Source: Flectonema sp. DT1601 (taxonomy: Eukaryota). Taken from it: a DNA stretch of 64,000 bases. Of this stretch, positions 1-11,400 are shown piece after piece. Position 1 is the first letter of the stretch; every line of letters starts with the position of its first letter. The DNA is taken from the NCBI GenBank assembly GCA_964019425.1, contig OZ025804.1, forward strand, positions 558,001 to 622,000, given 5' to 3'. Both the position numbers and the translations under genes were made by a program. Under the pieces are notes generated by a model, which saw only the letters and a program-made list of their open reading frames with translations, ran no database searches and had not been told where the DNA came from.

Positions 1-776
1 ACCTGTCGTTGTTGTAGTAAAACTTGTTCCAATTCTTGTTTTGTTTGAAGTTCTCGTTCTTTATTCTCTCTTGTTGTCTTCGCTTGTTGATCTAACCACT
101 TGGCATGGTCGGTAATCGCAACCTCTCTTTCTCGTTCTTTTTCTTCCCTTTTTCGGGCTCGTTCCATCTGGAGAACTCTACACTGGGTGTCTAAGAATTC
201 GGCCTGTTCCTTGATCCGTCCCCTTTTCAAAGATAGTTCTTTTGCCTTTTCCTCTTTGTCTAATTTTATCTGTCGTTGGATTTCAGTTATCCAAACCTTG
301 TCGAGAAGCATTTTATTTTTTTGAGCAGCAGTTCTGCTTTCCTTTAATAAGTTGTGACGTCCTTGGTAATTCAACAACGGCAGAGATGCGGCTTCCACTG
401 CGTTGCGAGTAACATCTAAGAAATCTTTGGCTTTGCGTTCCCTCGTTGACAATTGGTATTTCTTTTTTAATTTCTTTCTCACCTGTTTTCTCGCATGAAC
501 AACTCCTTTTTCAAGTTCTTCTTCTGCTTTTCTTTTTTCTATTATTTCTGCTTCTAAATCACCCATCTTCTTGTTACACTTATCAACAATATATCGATAA
601 GCTGTCCTGCTTCTCATTTTCGTCGTATCTTTTACCAGACCTCTGAAGTATACGTTGGCATTTTCTCGAGGGCTTGGAGGGAGTTTCATACATGAATGGT
701 TTCCTGTTATGTTAATAAAGTTTTCAGTCAGCATAATGTGGTTATTTAAATCAATACTTCTGCTCGTCAATCCCAT
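1..776 (-). CDS. Coiled-coil protein, partial (runs off the left edge); predicted introns 704-757 and 442-482
   Basis: Manual splicing at GT-AG sites gives an open frame MGLTSRRNHSCMKLPPSPRENANVYFRGLVKD...EEELEKELFMRENRERKAKDFL...QELEQVLLQQRQ. It is E/K/R/Q-rich with coiled-coil composition. Confidence 0.65.
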   Translation of the reverse strand, partial: MGLTSRSIDLNNHIMLTENFINITGNHSCMKLPPSPRENANVYFRGLVKDTTKMRSRTAYRYIVDKCNKKMGDLEAEIIEKRKAEEELEKGVVHARKQVRKKLKKKYQLSTRERKAKDFLDVTRNAVEAASLPLLNYQGRHNLLKESRTAAQKNKMLLDKVWITEIQRQIKLDKEEKAKELSLKRGRIKEQAEFLDTQCRVLQMERARKREEKEREREVAITDHAKWLDQQAKTTRENKERELQTKQELEQVLLQQRQ

Positions 777-1649
777 GTCAGTAACTGAATTAAAATGGGG
801 GGGGTGAATGGTGAATATTTGTTTCATTTTCAACCGCATAAGTCACTTACATTCTACGCCATTTTTTTTTTTTTTTTTTTTTTTATATTGTTATTTTTTT
901 CGCGTACACTTCTTGTTAAGGACAGTGTTAGTTGCATACTGTCAGTTGTTTTCATTGCGAAAAAATCCGCTGAAAATTAGCTGGTTCGCCAAGGCAGGGG
1001 TGTTTTTTTTTTTTTTTTTCCCTTCTATTTTTTTCGCGAAAAAAAATATATAAAAAAAAAACGGGTTTCTGGGGAATTGTCAAGGTTGCTACGCAAGGAG
1101 TAGTAAAAATGAAAAAGGCCGGGGGAAAAAACTGGTAGTGTTAGGCAATGGTTTTCAGTTTCTTTTTTTACGCAATTATACTCTGCCTTACTGCAGTATT
1201 CTCTTTTTCTTCTTTTTCTTTATAGCAAAAACAGTAAGGCGTGCGCTACTATGGGGAAGACCAAAACAAACAACAAACCAGCAAATTGTTAACCCTCACG
1301 TGAAATGTACATATCAGACGTTTCTATTAATTTGTTTTCAACGTCAAAAAAGGGCTGAAGAAAAAGGAGCGCAATATTTTTACGAAAACTAACTTAATCA
1401 GACTTTTGATAGCTTGGGAAGACCATACTTCAACAACAAAAAAAAAAAAAAAAAAACGAATAGTATTTAACTAAAAAAGTGAACCTGAAACATGCGAGCG
1501 AATCATTCAGAAGAGGTAAGCACCACCGTTCCCCATTTCCTGTAAATTTCATTGTCAAAGCCCCTCCTCTGTAAAGCTGTAAAATTTCTATTTTTTTTTT
1601 TTTGCAACACATTCCTTTTCTTCACCTTAGAGTTACTTAGCATTGTTTC

Positions 1650-1680
<31 letters not shown>

Positions 1681-1885
1681 GATTTAGGGGGGAAGTTAAC
1701 GGAAAAAAAGCAAAGAGTTTCATATGTGGGTTAAATAGCACTAAATGATGAGCGAACTACGAAAAGAGAATGAATCGCAAAAAAAAAAAAGAAGGGGGGA
1801 AAAAGCTGTTCCAGTGCAACTTCCATAGTCAAGTACCTACCGTTATTTTTATACTTCCGAATAGGGGAATCGATTCCCGTTTGTT

Positions 1886-2914
1886 TTAAGAACGTGGAGG
1901 AAGGTAGTCTACTCCAGCAATCGGAACAGTTACTGCCGCCCGCCAAGAATGGTCGAAAAAGTTGTAACAACGTTCTAATGAATTTCCCCGTACTGAAGCA
2001 GTTACGTGTGAAGACACAGAGGTACCTGTATTAGCGAATTCTAAGAACTGGTACACTTTCTGTTGAGAACTGAAGATCTGAAGACACTGCGGGATAACAT
2101 GCTCTGCAGGAATCGGTAAGATGTATGGCGCTCCTCCAGCAACAGTAGGTAAAACTATACTTCTTTGAATGGATACAATTTCAGTCAGAGGAATACTCTC
2201 AACAACTTGTTTGCTTACAAAATTCAAGTGAGTTGAAGATAAAATGAAGTCACCAGCGACCTCCGCACCAGCGTGCATTACCTTACAAGCATATGTACAC
2301 ACGTAGGTACTTCCAGACTGAGCTGGGAAGGTGGTCATGAACGCCTTCTTCTCCTTTTCTTTTAATTCCATTCTCACCTCTGTTTGTTTTTTTGTTTGTT
2401 TTTTGTTTCGCATAATTCCAAGTCACTCGTAGTGGACTACCAGAAAACACGAATAAAAGACATACTGGCTTCAACAGTACTGTGAAGCTGTGTTGCTCCC
2501 TTTGTGACGTTGTGTGCTACACCCTTTGCGAACATTGAAAGCTTTCCAAAAGCACCTCCGCTTGAAGAGGATTTCTTTTCTCCTTGAAATACGGCTTCCT
2601 TTTCTTGTTGCTGCTTCTGTTATTGGTGTTGTTGTTTGGAACAATAAAGAGACGAGAGGTCAACACCAGAAACAACAATTAATTATTCAAACCTCTACGT
2701 TCTTCGTATATTCGTCAAATTGCTGGTCAGGAGTGAGGTCGGAAACTTCACGATGTGGATATGGAATAGGTCCTGTGTTGGATTTTTTTATTTGCTTAAC
2801 AACCCAATAATAACATTTGTCCTACGTATGGTAAACAACCATACCCTCAAACCGTAATGGAACGATGACAGTCGGCGCATTGATCGGCGCAGTGGTCGGT
2901 ACTACCTCTGACAT
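1886..2914 (-). CDS. GRAM/PH-like domain protein, 4 exons
   Basis: The last exon (ORF 1886-2413) has a GRAM-like pattern (YACKVMH..VAGDFILSSTHLNF..IPLTEIVSIQ..CLQIFS..VYQFLEF). Three upstream GT-AG introns join in frame to MSEVVPTTAP at 2914. Confidence 0.75.
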
Positions 2915-3306
2915 TTTTTAAATACGATTTGCCTGCCGGTAGCATAAGTAGTTATATATGAGAATGGTATCATTTTAACAACAGAGACGCTTAAATTCTG
3001 CCAACAATCACTCCCTAAGGTGTTTACTGACAGCAAGCGGAGAAGTGTTACTAAAAAAGAATCGGCACCTCATTAAATAATTCTCACGTTGTTTTTTGTT
3101 TGTGCGCAACCGGACGCTGCTCCGGTTGGCCATTTCGGGATGTCACCCCAGTTAACCTTCGTCACATCACAATCGTGACGAGACGAAGGTCTCAACATTG
3201 TTAGGGTGTGCCATATATTTTTGTTTGTGCGCAACCGGAAACAAGCCCATAAAGTAAGGGTGTTAACGTTACGCTGACACAATTCTCTTTCGCTCGTAAA
3301 ACATAT

Positions 3307-5110
3307 GAGAGGATGCCAAAAGTAGGGTACAATTTTGGGCCACGGGTATCTGACAGTCCCTAAGTGTGAATCCGACCACTTTTCACAAGATATTTTATAC
3401 TCAAAAAATGCAATTCCGTGTCTGGGAAGTGATTTTACTCACTGCTAGTTTCAAAATTCCATATTTCCTTCACTAAAGACCCCTCTTTGTAGGTTAACAG
3501 GCCTTTGTCCTGTATGAACCATTTTTGCTGCCTTTTTAAATCATGTCGTTTATTTATCTGAAACCAGTTAAATTCCTACAACATCCAGAAACATGCAAGA
3601 AAAAGTTGTTATCTCGCAGTTCAAAGAGCTAATGACAGAAATGGGTGAGCAGCTCCAATAGGGGGAGCGAAACAGTGCTAGTGGGTCGACAAAGAGACGG
3701 GTGACATTAGCGAAACAGCTGCTTGAGTGCCTTTCAGGAGGCGATGTTGACAGCATGCTCAGGGATGTTATTGGCATATTAAGTCTGTGGTATGTGTTGC
3801 TCCCCCTTGTGTAGGTGAGATGATAAGTAGTTTAGAAGTTGGAAGGAGGAGGAGAGTTTTTAAAACACTTGACAGCAACGGGTGGAAGTTTAAACACTTT
3901 GCAGAAGCCGGTATTAAGATCGGAAGGAAGGCATAGGATGAGAGAAACAGTGAGGCTCAGATGCTAGGACGGCCAAGAAAAACCAATGAGGAGATGGCAG
4001 AAGTTGTCGACAGCGAGCACAGGGCAGCATCGGCGGAAACCTCTATCACACTGAAGAGGCTGTCGAAGGTGCGAGACTCAACCGTCACCATCCAGAATGT
4101 CTTGCCAACTTTCCGGAGCATCTATGAGAGCAGCTCTCTCAGAGATAAGATTTCGATGACAACCTTTCGTAGGATGAGAAAAGAAGAAGAATTCCGCAAA
4201 CTGGCCCGCCGAACTGATGTTTATAACTACTACCTGGCAGGCCAGTCAATCAGGAAGAAACTGGGGAAGCTCCTTAAAAGTGCTAAAGGGAAGTCCGGTT
4301 ACTCGATGAGTGTCTGGAATGTCTCTCGCTCAAGTGGTCTTATTCTCCAGTGCATGCTCAATTCTTCTGGAAGTGTACCCCAAAATATTAAACTTCAGGC
4401 TGCAGAATACATTCAGCAACTTGTAGAGATTGATCTTCACACTGAGGAATTCCGACGCCAGAACGCGATTTACGCTGAAAAAATACAAGACCCAGGTGAC
4501 AGTCTGGTGATCACCCTAGACTACAAAGAAAAGGGTACATTGCCACAGGTTCTGCAGGAAGGCAACAGCCATTTCTACGAGCAGGGGAAATACAGTTGCT
4601 TGGGGGAAAAGGGACACAGATACCCAAAAGGAAAAGAAAGCAGCGTCAGTGTAAGGGGTGCGGTAGGGTTGACCACGACTTGCGCAACTGCCCTAGATCA
4701 GAATTTGAAAGCAGCACCAGTAGCATCATTACCAGTAGTGACAATATGTGTACCAGTATCAGTAGTACCTGTGCTAGTAGCAGTACTTCCAGTACTCCCA
4801 GTGACGTGTAGCAATTAAGAACTTCAGCAAAATCAATGATTTTTATAAAAAAGAAAGCACATCATTGTATTATCAGTACTGCCTATTAAGCACCTGGTCG
4901 AACTTAGTATCACTACCATTCTCCTTATACTACAGGTAAGCTCTTAGGGAAAATATGGAATTTTGAAACTAGCGGTGAGTAAAATCACTTCCCAGACACG
5001 GAATTGCATTTTTTGAGTATAAAATATCTTGTGAAAAGTGGTCGGATTCACACTTAGGGACCGTCAGATACCCGTGGCCCAAAATTGTACCCTACTTTTG
5101 GCACGTTCTC
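3307..5110 (+). mobile_element. Internally deleted DNA transposon, Sola-like, ~160-bp TIRs
   Basis: 3307-3466 is nearly the reverse complement of 4951-5110. Termini are GAG...CTC, flanked on both sides by ATAT (candidate 4-bp TSD). Confidence 0.85.
3593..4818 (+). pseudogene. Truncated Sola-like transposase remnant
   Basis: The frame contains VITLDYKEKGTLPQVLQEGNSHFYEQGKYSCLG, resembling the first catalytic-Asp block of Sola transposases. It then switches abruptly to another frame with a CCHC knuckle (CKGCGRVDHDLRNC). In-frame TAG stops lie upstream. Confidence 0.6.
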
Positions 5111-5749
5111 ATATCTTCGAGATGAAAAATAAATAAATACTCACCCCATGAGTGGGAAAAAAATGGGCTGTGTGGTTAATGGGCTGTGTGGTTCGAGGAC
5201 TCTGTCTGGCGGTACTTGAGCCGATGCTCAGTCCTGCCTTCCTGGAACTGTCTGTTGCGGGGACTATGAGCTGCTCTGTGGCCAGCCTGGCCCGGTTCGC
5301 CCCTCTTTGAGCCCCTTTTCTCAACAGCTTGCGCCGAAGAGCCAATGGGCACACCAGACTAACCAGGACAGGACATCTGCACACCGGACACAAGCGACCG
5401 ATACCCAGACAACTTTCCCCATTCCACACAACTACTGGCCCCCCCAAAGCTGGGGATGTCAGAGTGCAGCTGACACACTCCGGCTAATCTAATAGTTTTT
5501 CGCCAGCACCCACGACGTCATTCAGCTGTCGGCAGGAAAAATGACCCAACCCGGACTCGAACTGGACGGGTTTTTAGTACTTTTCTAGAAATGCACAGCT
5601 GTTGAAGGAAATAACTTTTTTTACAATGACCAAGTCAAAAAAAAGGTTGTCAAAACAATATCTACAGGGAAAGAGCGAAGGAGTGTAGCACTCTTGTGGA
5701 AAAAATAAAAACAGGGGTTTATCTCTTGTACAGAGTAGTGGTTTCAACA

Positions 5750-6833
5750 TCAAGATGAGACAGGTCGGAGTAAATTGAAGAAGAAATCTGATTCTAACAC
5801 CCCATCCTCAGCAAGATCTGTGCAGTGAATGGCGTTACACACACGTGAGGTTCCGAACATTGCCCTAATGGAGTTGGGTCGGAGGACTTTTCCGACTTCT
5901 GGGTCATGAGGGCCGCACAATTGACGAAATGCTTCAACAGGCTTCTCACCCTTAACTTCCATAACCCAACATGGTGCTGAAGAAAGCTGCTCCGCTAACT
6001 GTGTATATTCTGGAACGACTCCTTTATAAACTTCTAAGAAGTCAGCTGAGTCAGCCTTGTCCAAGGTAACAAGTCGTAAAGCAGATATTTGAAATCCTTC
6101 ACTTAGAATCAAGTCGATTATCTGTCCTCCGAATTTCTCAACAGCGTGAGGTTTTATTATGCCAAGGGTACAATCTTGTATCGTAGCACTGGAACGATCT
6201 CTCCTTGCCGATCCGGAGCCAAAGAAGTAACTTGCATCGTCAAACCACTTTACTAATCCAGGGCAATATTTTTCTTCCTTGTGGTCGCCGTCTGCTTGGG
6301 AAGAGAAGACGACTTCCAATGCAACGAGGGGCTGACCTCCCCACGAGCTTGAAATGCCAGGTGCGAACTCTGCTGCTTCACTCGCTGACAACGACAACAT
6401 GTTCATACTTTTAATACGAATTCCAGCATCTGCTAATTCAGATAGCACCCTGCCTAAGCTCTCAATATTCTCTGGTGGTATCTGTGTGTGATTGTTTAAA
6501 AGGGTTGACTCATTACTATAAAATAACCTTTCACACACAAAGACATACCACACACAAAGTATCCTTGTACTGAAGGTATATTATTTCTGTTGCATCGTCG
6601 GCGAATCCTACCACGCGTAGCTTCCTGGCATATATTGAGATAGTGGCATCGATGAATAGGTCAGCTGGTTTAAGCTGAGGGTACTGACATCTTTTCAAAA
6701 ACAATCTCCTATTTCTAATATCGTGCATCTCAATAGTGTTATCAGTCACATAATAGCAAAGTTGGTACTTTCTTGTGATGCCTGCCTGAGGATCTTCGTA
6801 GTCGACGATAAAAGAGAGCCTCGCTTCCGTCAT
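5750..6833 (-). CDS. NME7: Nucleoside diphosphate kinase 7 (DM10 + NDK domains); intron 6482-6548
   Basis: N-terminal DM10 (LSFIVDYEDPQAGITRKYQLCYY..IEMHD..RRLFLKR) and C-terminal NDK (CTLGIIKPHAV..FRQLCGPHDPE..LRPNSIRAMFG..NAIHCTDL). A 67-nt GT-AG intron joins the two ORFs in frame. Confidence 0.92.
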
Positions 6834-7177
6834 TTGTGTTGTTGTTTTCTTCCTGTAAAGTAAAAATGCTGCTTCTTTTTTTTTTTTCTTAAACAAAACG
6901 CAATCGATGACAAATTTTACCTCGTCCTGATATTCAAAAAATCAGAATTCAAGTGATGAAGTTGCAGGTTCCTTAAACCCTTAGACCTCTCTCTGAGCAC
7001 TCTCCTCAGACCTCTCCGACGACGTCAGTAGAACCTCAGAAAGGCTCACTAATTGATTAACGTTATATGTAGTGAGCTACTACAACAACACAAACAACAA
7101 TCTGACATAACGTCAGTTAGATAACCACATCAGGTGGTCTCATAATATCAAACAACCAACTAACGCTATGAATTACT

Positions 7178-7878
7178 TCACTCTGATACCGACTGTTGGT
7201 ATTCAGCCTCAGAAGATGTCGGAGCAACAGGGTTCACTGATTGATATTTATTAACAAGATGTTGTGGATGATCTTCTTGAACGAGCTCACCTGTACCTCC
7301 TCTCCAGTGGCTAGGCAGGTTGGCAAACTTTGGTAAGCCGTCGTACATAGGCAATAGCTGTTTTTTTTGTTTTTTTTCGAAAGATTAGCTTTTTAAACAC
7401 CAATGGATACAGATAAATAAAACAAACATACCGCAGAATTGTAGTGAATATGAAACTGAGGATGAAATGCAGACCAATCTCTAGTGAGTGGTGAGTCCAT
7501 ACATTCGAGATGAGTTGGGAAAATAATTTTTTTGTGTTGCGGCAGCCAGTCTTCGTAAATATGAGTTCCGCATTTCTTACATGTGTGTTGATATTCTTCT
7601 CCGAGTGATTTTCTATGTAAATACCCACTACCTCCCGTATGTATCTCAAACTTTGATGATTTGTACCCAGCACACAATACACTTGCTGAGGCATGTGATT
7701 TCCGCAGTGCCGACTGATGAGTTACCGTTACCCAATCAGGTTGCCCTTCTACTAAATATGTTACAGACTTGCACCTGCAAGATCCCTTATACGTTGATGG
7801 CCCAGTCATGTGCTCAATATTCTGTGTAGTCTCCCCAGCGCCTTGTGACAGGAGGCGGACTGCTGTTCTTCTGAACAT
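7178..7878 (-). CDS. GFA / CENP-V-like zinc-binding protein, probably mitochondrial; intron 7358-7431
   Basis: Motifs GSCRCKSVTY, HTCKKCGTHIY and FHPQFHIHY. After the intron the frame continues LLPMYDGLPKF, typical of a GFA C-terminus. N-terminus MFRRTAVRLLSQ resembles a presequence. Confidence 0.8.
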
Positions 7879-8466
7879 TATTTGATGCTGTCACTGTGAG
7901 AGAATATTGTAAAGAAAGAAAGAAAGGAAAAAAAAAAGAGTGGTTGCTGTCATTAAAAGGGACGAACTGTAGGGTGGGAAAACAATACCATAAAGTGATA
8001 ACAGTTTGAATCTCAATGTGTTGACCACCTTCAATCCGAAAGACACTACACTCAACTTAAATTAAACGAACTATTTGTGAATGAGGTGACGAGGTGGTAT
8101 AATTCAAAACAAACAAGTGATGGTTAAGACCAAAAAGAATTGTTTGTTTTGCTTATTTTATTTGGGTTTCCTTTTTTTTTTTTTTTTTTTTTTTGATACC
8201 ACCTCCCTCTTTGATGTTTCTTTCTGCCCTCACATGGTTGATGTCAGAGAGTCTTTTTGTTTGTTAATTTCAATCCTCATTTTTTTTTTTTTTATAAACT
8301 TTCTATGCGGGTTTGCTTCATCTATGGACAACGTGTATCCATGAACGATGTGCTACTTGCTGGGATTGTCCTCCTGTGTGTGTTTTGTTTATTAGTTTCT
8401 TTTTTACATGAAAAAGGAAGGATAAAAAGTGATAAAAACAAACCTCAAAACAAGTCCAGTAGTGTT

Positions 8467-11400
8467 TCAGTTGTCGTCACTCTCTTCAGTTTCTTCGTCA
8501 GAGTCTTCGGCTTCACCGACTGTGATAGAAAAGTTTTCTTCAAGATCACATCCCAAGTATGAGTCACAAATTAGAAACATTTTCAACTGATGTACTCCTT
8601 GGGATGGTGCTACGAACTCTAATCTCACTGTTGAGTGTTTCAGAATTGTTGCCTTCTTTAGAGAGAGAACGTGACCTGATTTCTCATCACCAATTACTAC
8701 CCACCAGCATTCTTCTTTGCGAACTGGGTAGGTTTGAGACATTACACCTCCTCCTGTCTGTGAGTCATCTGAGAGGTCTCTCTTGATGCTGACTGCTACT
8801 GAAACTGGAGAACCAGAATGTAAATCATCAGCTTCTGATACGGTTACTTTGTCAATTTCTATGTCTGGGTAGGCGTTGCAAAACTTACTCACAGCCAAGT
8901 GTTGGTTCTTAGGAATACCAACTTGTTTGAGAATCTCTTCATCGATATCGAATATACTACTCACACCTGAAGACTCGCACTTCTTTACAATTTCTGGTGT
9001 GAAATGAGGTATTTGAAGGAGAGGAGAGTCTTCTGACCACATTCCTTGAACAAGCATTTGAGAAACATCCATCGATGCGAGTAACGGTCTGAGCCATCTC
9101 TTTGATCCAACGACATCAACAAGAGCGGAGACTAACGGTGTGATAATTGGAAGAATGGCCTTCAAGTCTTGTAAGTGTTCAGGAGTTAGTCGGTGAGTCT
9201 GTCTACACAAGTGATAATTTAATAAGATGAGTACCTTACTGTGTGGATCATGAAATGACTGAATGTCTTCACCTCTCATTGGAATGTGTTTAAATAGTTT
9301 TCGAAGCTGATCACTTTCGTGATGTCTGATTGAGATGTCAAACAACTCATCGGCTGATGACAAAATCTTTAAAATATTTCTAACAGTTCCTGAACTGGCA
9401 TCACTTAAACTGTCGTTGAACATTTCAATTGTTAAGAATGACGTGTAGTAATACGCGCTGACCATTCCTAAATTTGCTGCTTCAACTTTTCCATTCTCTG
9501 ATGTTATACAACCAGCAGCCTCAAGAGATTCAACTGCATTCTCAGCGAGTTCAGATAAATGACCTGAAGTGTGTTCGTGACTCTTTCCAAACATTCCGTA
9601 ATAATTTGGATTTTTTGGTAATCTTCGATACAAATATGACCAAGTGAGGTAATCTACAGCATCATGCATACTTTCTATCGATCCCGCAGTAATTTCCGCA
9701 TTGAAGTGATCGTGTACACATTCGTCTAAGGCAGACTCCACCGGAAACGGTTCATGTAAAATTTTCATCAAAGAACTCTTCTGAGGACTGTGACACATCA
9801 CAATAGCCGTACTGCTGTCGTCGTAGTTTTGACGACCGCAGTGGCCAATCATTTCGAAGAGATCAGCAATAGGATAGTCTTCATGTCTTCTCTCAGAACC
9901 ATTATAAAACTGAGTACCACATAGTATGACTGTATGAGCTGTTGGTATATTCTTAACCTTGTAAAGAATTGGATGAGGTACGACTAGAACTTTAATGGCG
10001 CCAATTGATGAACTGAACAGTGATTTTACAATCTTTAAATCAACATCAGTCATTCCATCTTTTAAGAATCCTATCCCGTGAGACAACGACCTCGATAGCA
10101 GTGAGTTGATTCCGCCTGTTGTTTGAGTTCTGTACTTCTCAAGGTCTGATGATGTTATATTTCCTAAAAATCTTTTTTTATTAGAAGTATCTGACATAAC
10201 CATCGCAATCAAGTCAGCTACTAAATCATAAGCAGTTCTCTGAGATGGAGTATATATGATAACAGGTTTACCTTCACTGTGTTGAGTAATCGAAAGATAA
10301 ACAGGTCGACGCATAGCGATCATTCTGCTACTGAAACCAGCCTGGTCAAAACCCTTTAATTGAATTGTTAAAGGAACAGGTCTTGATGTTGGATGGAAGT
10401 TTAGTAGTCGTGACTCACCATCTCTCTTAATACCAATCCAATCACCAATATCTCTAGCGTATAATACAGGATAGCTGAGTCCTACTATACGAAGTGGAGT
10501 AGTCTTCTGTAGTCGACTTGACATGTAACGCATTCTAGAAATCACAACTTCCATTACGGCTCCCAATCTATTTCTTAACATATGTAAGTCATCAGCTATG
10601 AATAGTGAGATGGTGGCGATATTCTTTCTTCTGGCCCAACGTCTTGACAGTTGGTCCCAATGTTCAGCTGCAGCAACAATAACGTCACCAGATTCCAGAA
10701 GCTTTAAGTCTGTTACGGTGTCTCCCGTTAAGAAAACCATCTTCCTGCCAGTGTTCTTCTCAAAGATAGGAATCCATCTCTCAAAAGCATTCTTAGCTAA
10801 AGCTATTGTTGGAGCTACGTATGCGGCACGTTCGCGAGTTGTCGAATTCTCGGTGTTCATCAAAAATTTTATCAATGCAAGCTCTGCGCAGATCGTCTTC
10901 CCAGAGCCCCCCGGAGTGCACAGCAGACAACTGTCATTAGATCCCATCAGAACAGGGTAGCATTGCGTCTGAATGCTGTTCAGGGTGTCTACATCATGAG
11001 AGTTGAAAAAGAAATGATATTTTTTTGGAATTGAACTGGATGCGATTTCGATAGGTCGGAGATCCTTAAGTTCAGTACAAGGATAAGCTTTGTCTGGGAG
11101 GATGAGCTTACGGAAGGAGACTGGAAGAGTTGTTTCTGACCAAAGCCAACGTTCCGATACCGCCTTGATGAAATACTGAGGTGGCATTGGTTCCAATATT
11201 GGTAAGTAGAAATAAACAACGTGCTCCTCATTAACATGATCGCGAGCGAGAACAAAAGGTTCAACGTGAAGAAGTTGTTCACCATCTGGATCAGAGACCA
11301 TGATTAAGAATGTTTCAGCTACACCATGATACTTTGGATGGAATTTGAAGTCAGCTGTTATTGATAATGAAACTCTAACTAATGACCTGGTGAGTGGTTT

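Noticed and set aside
7158..7170. Trypanosomatid spliced-leader start (aactaacgctat)
   Set aside because: The match stops after 12 nt, with no downstream tttctgtact..ttg/GT donor. It is probably chance.
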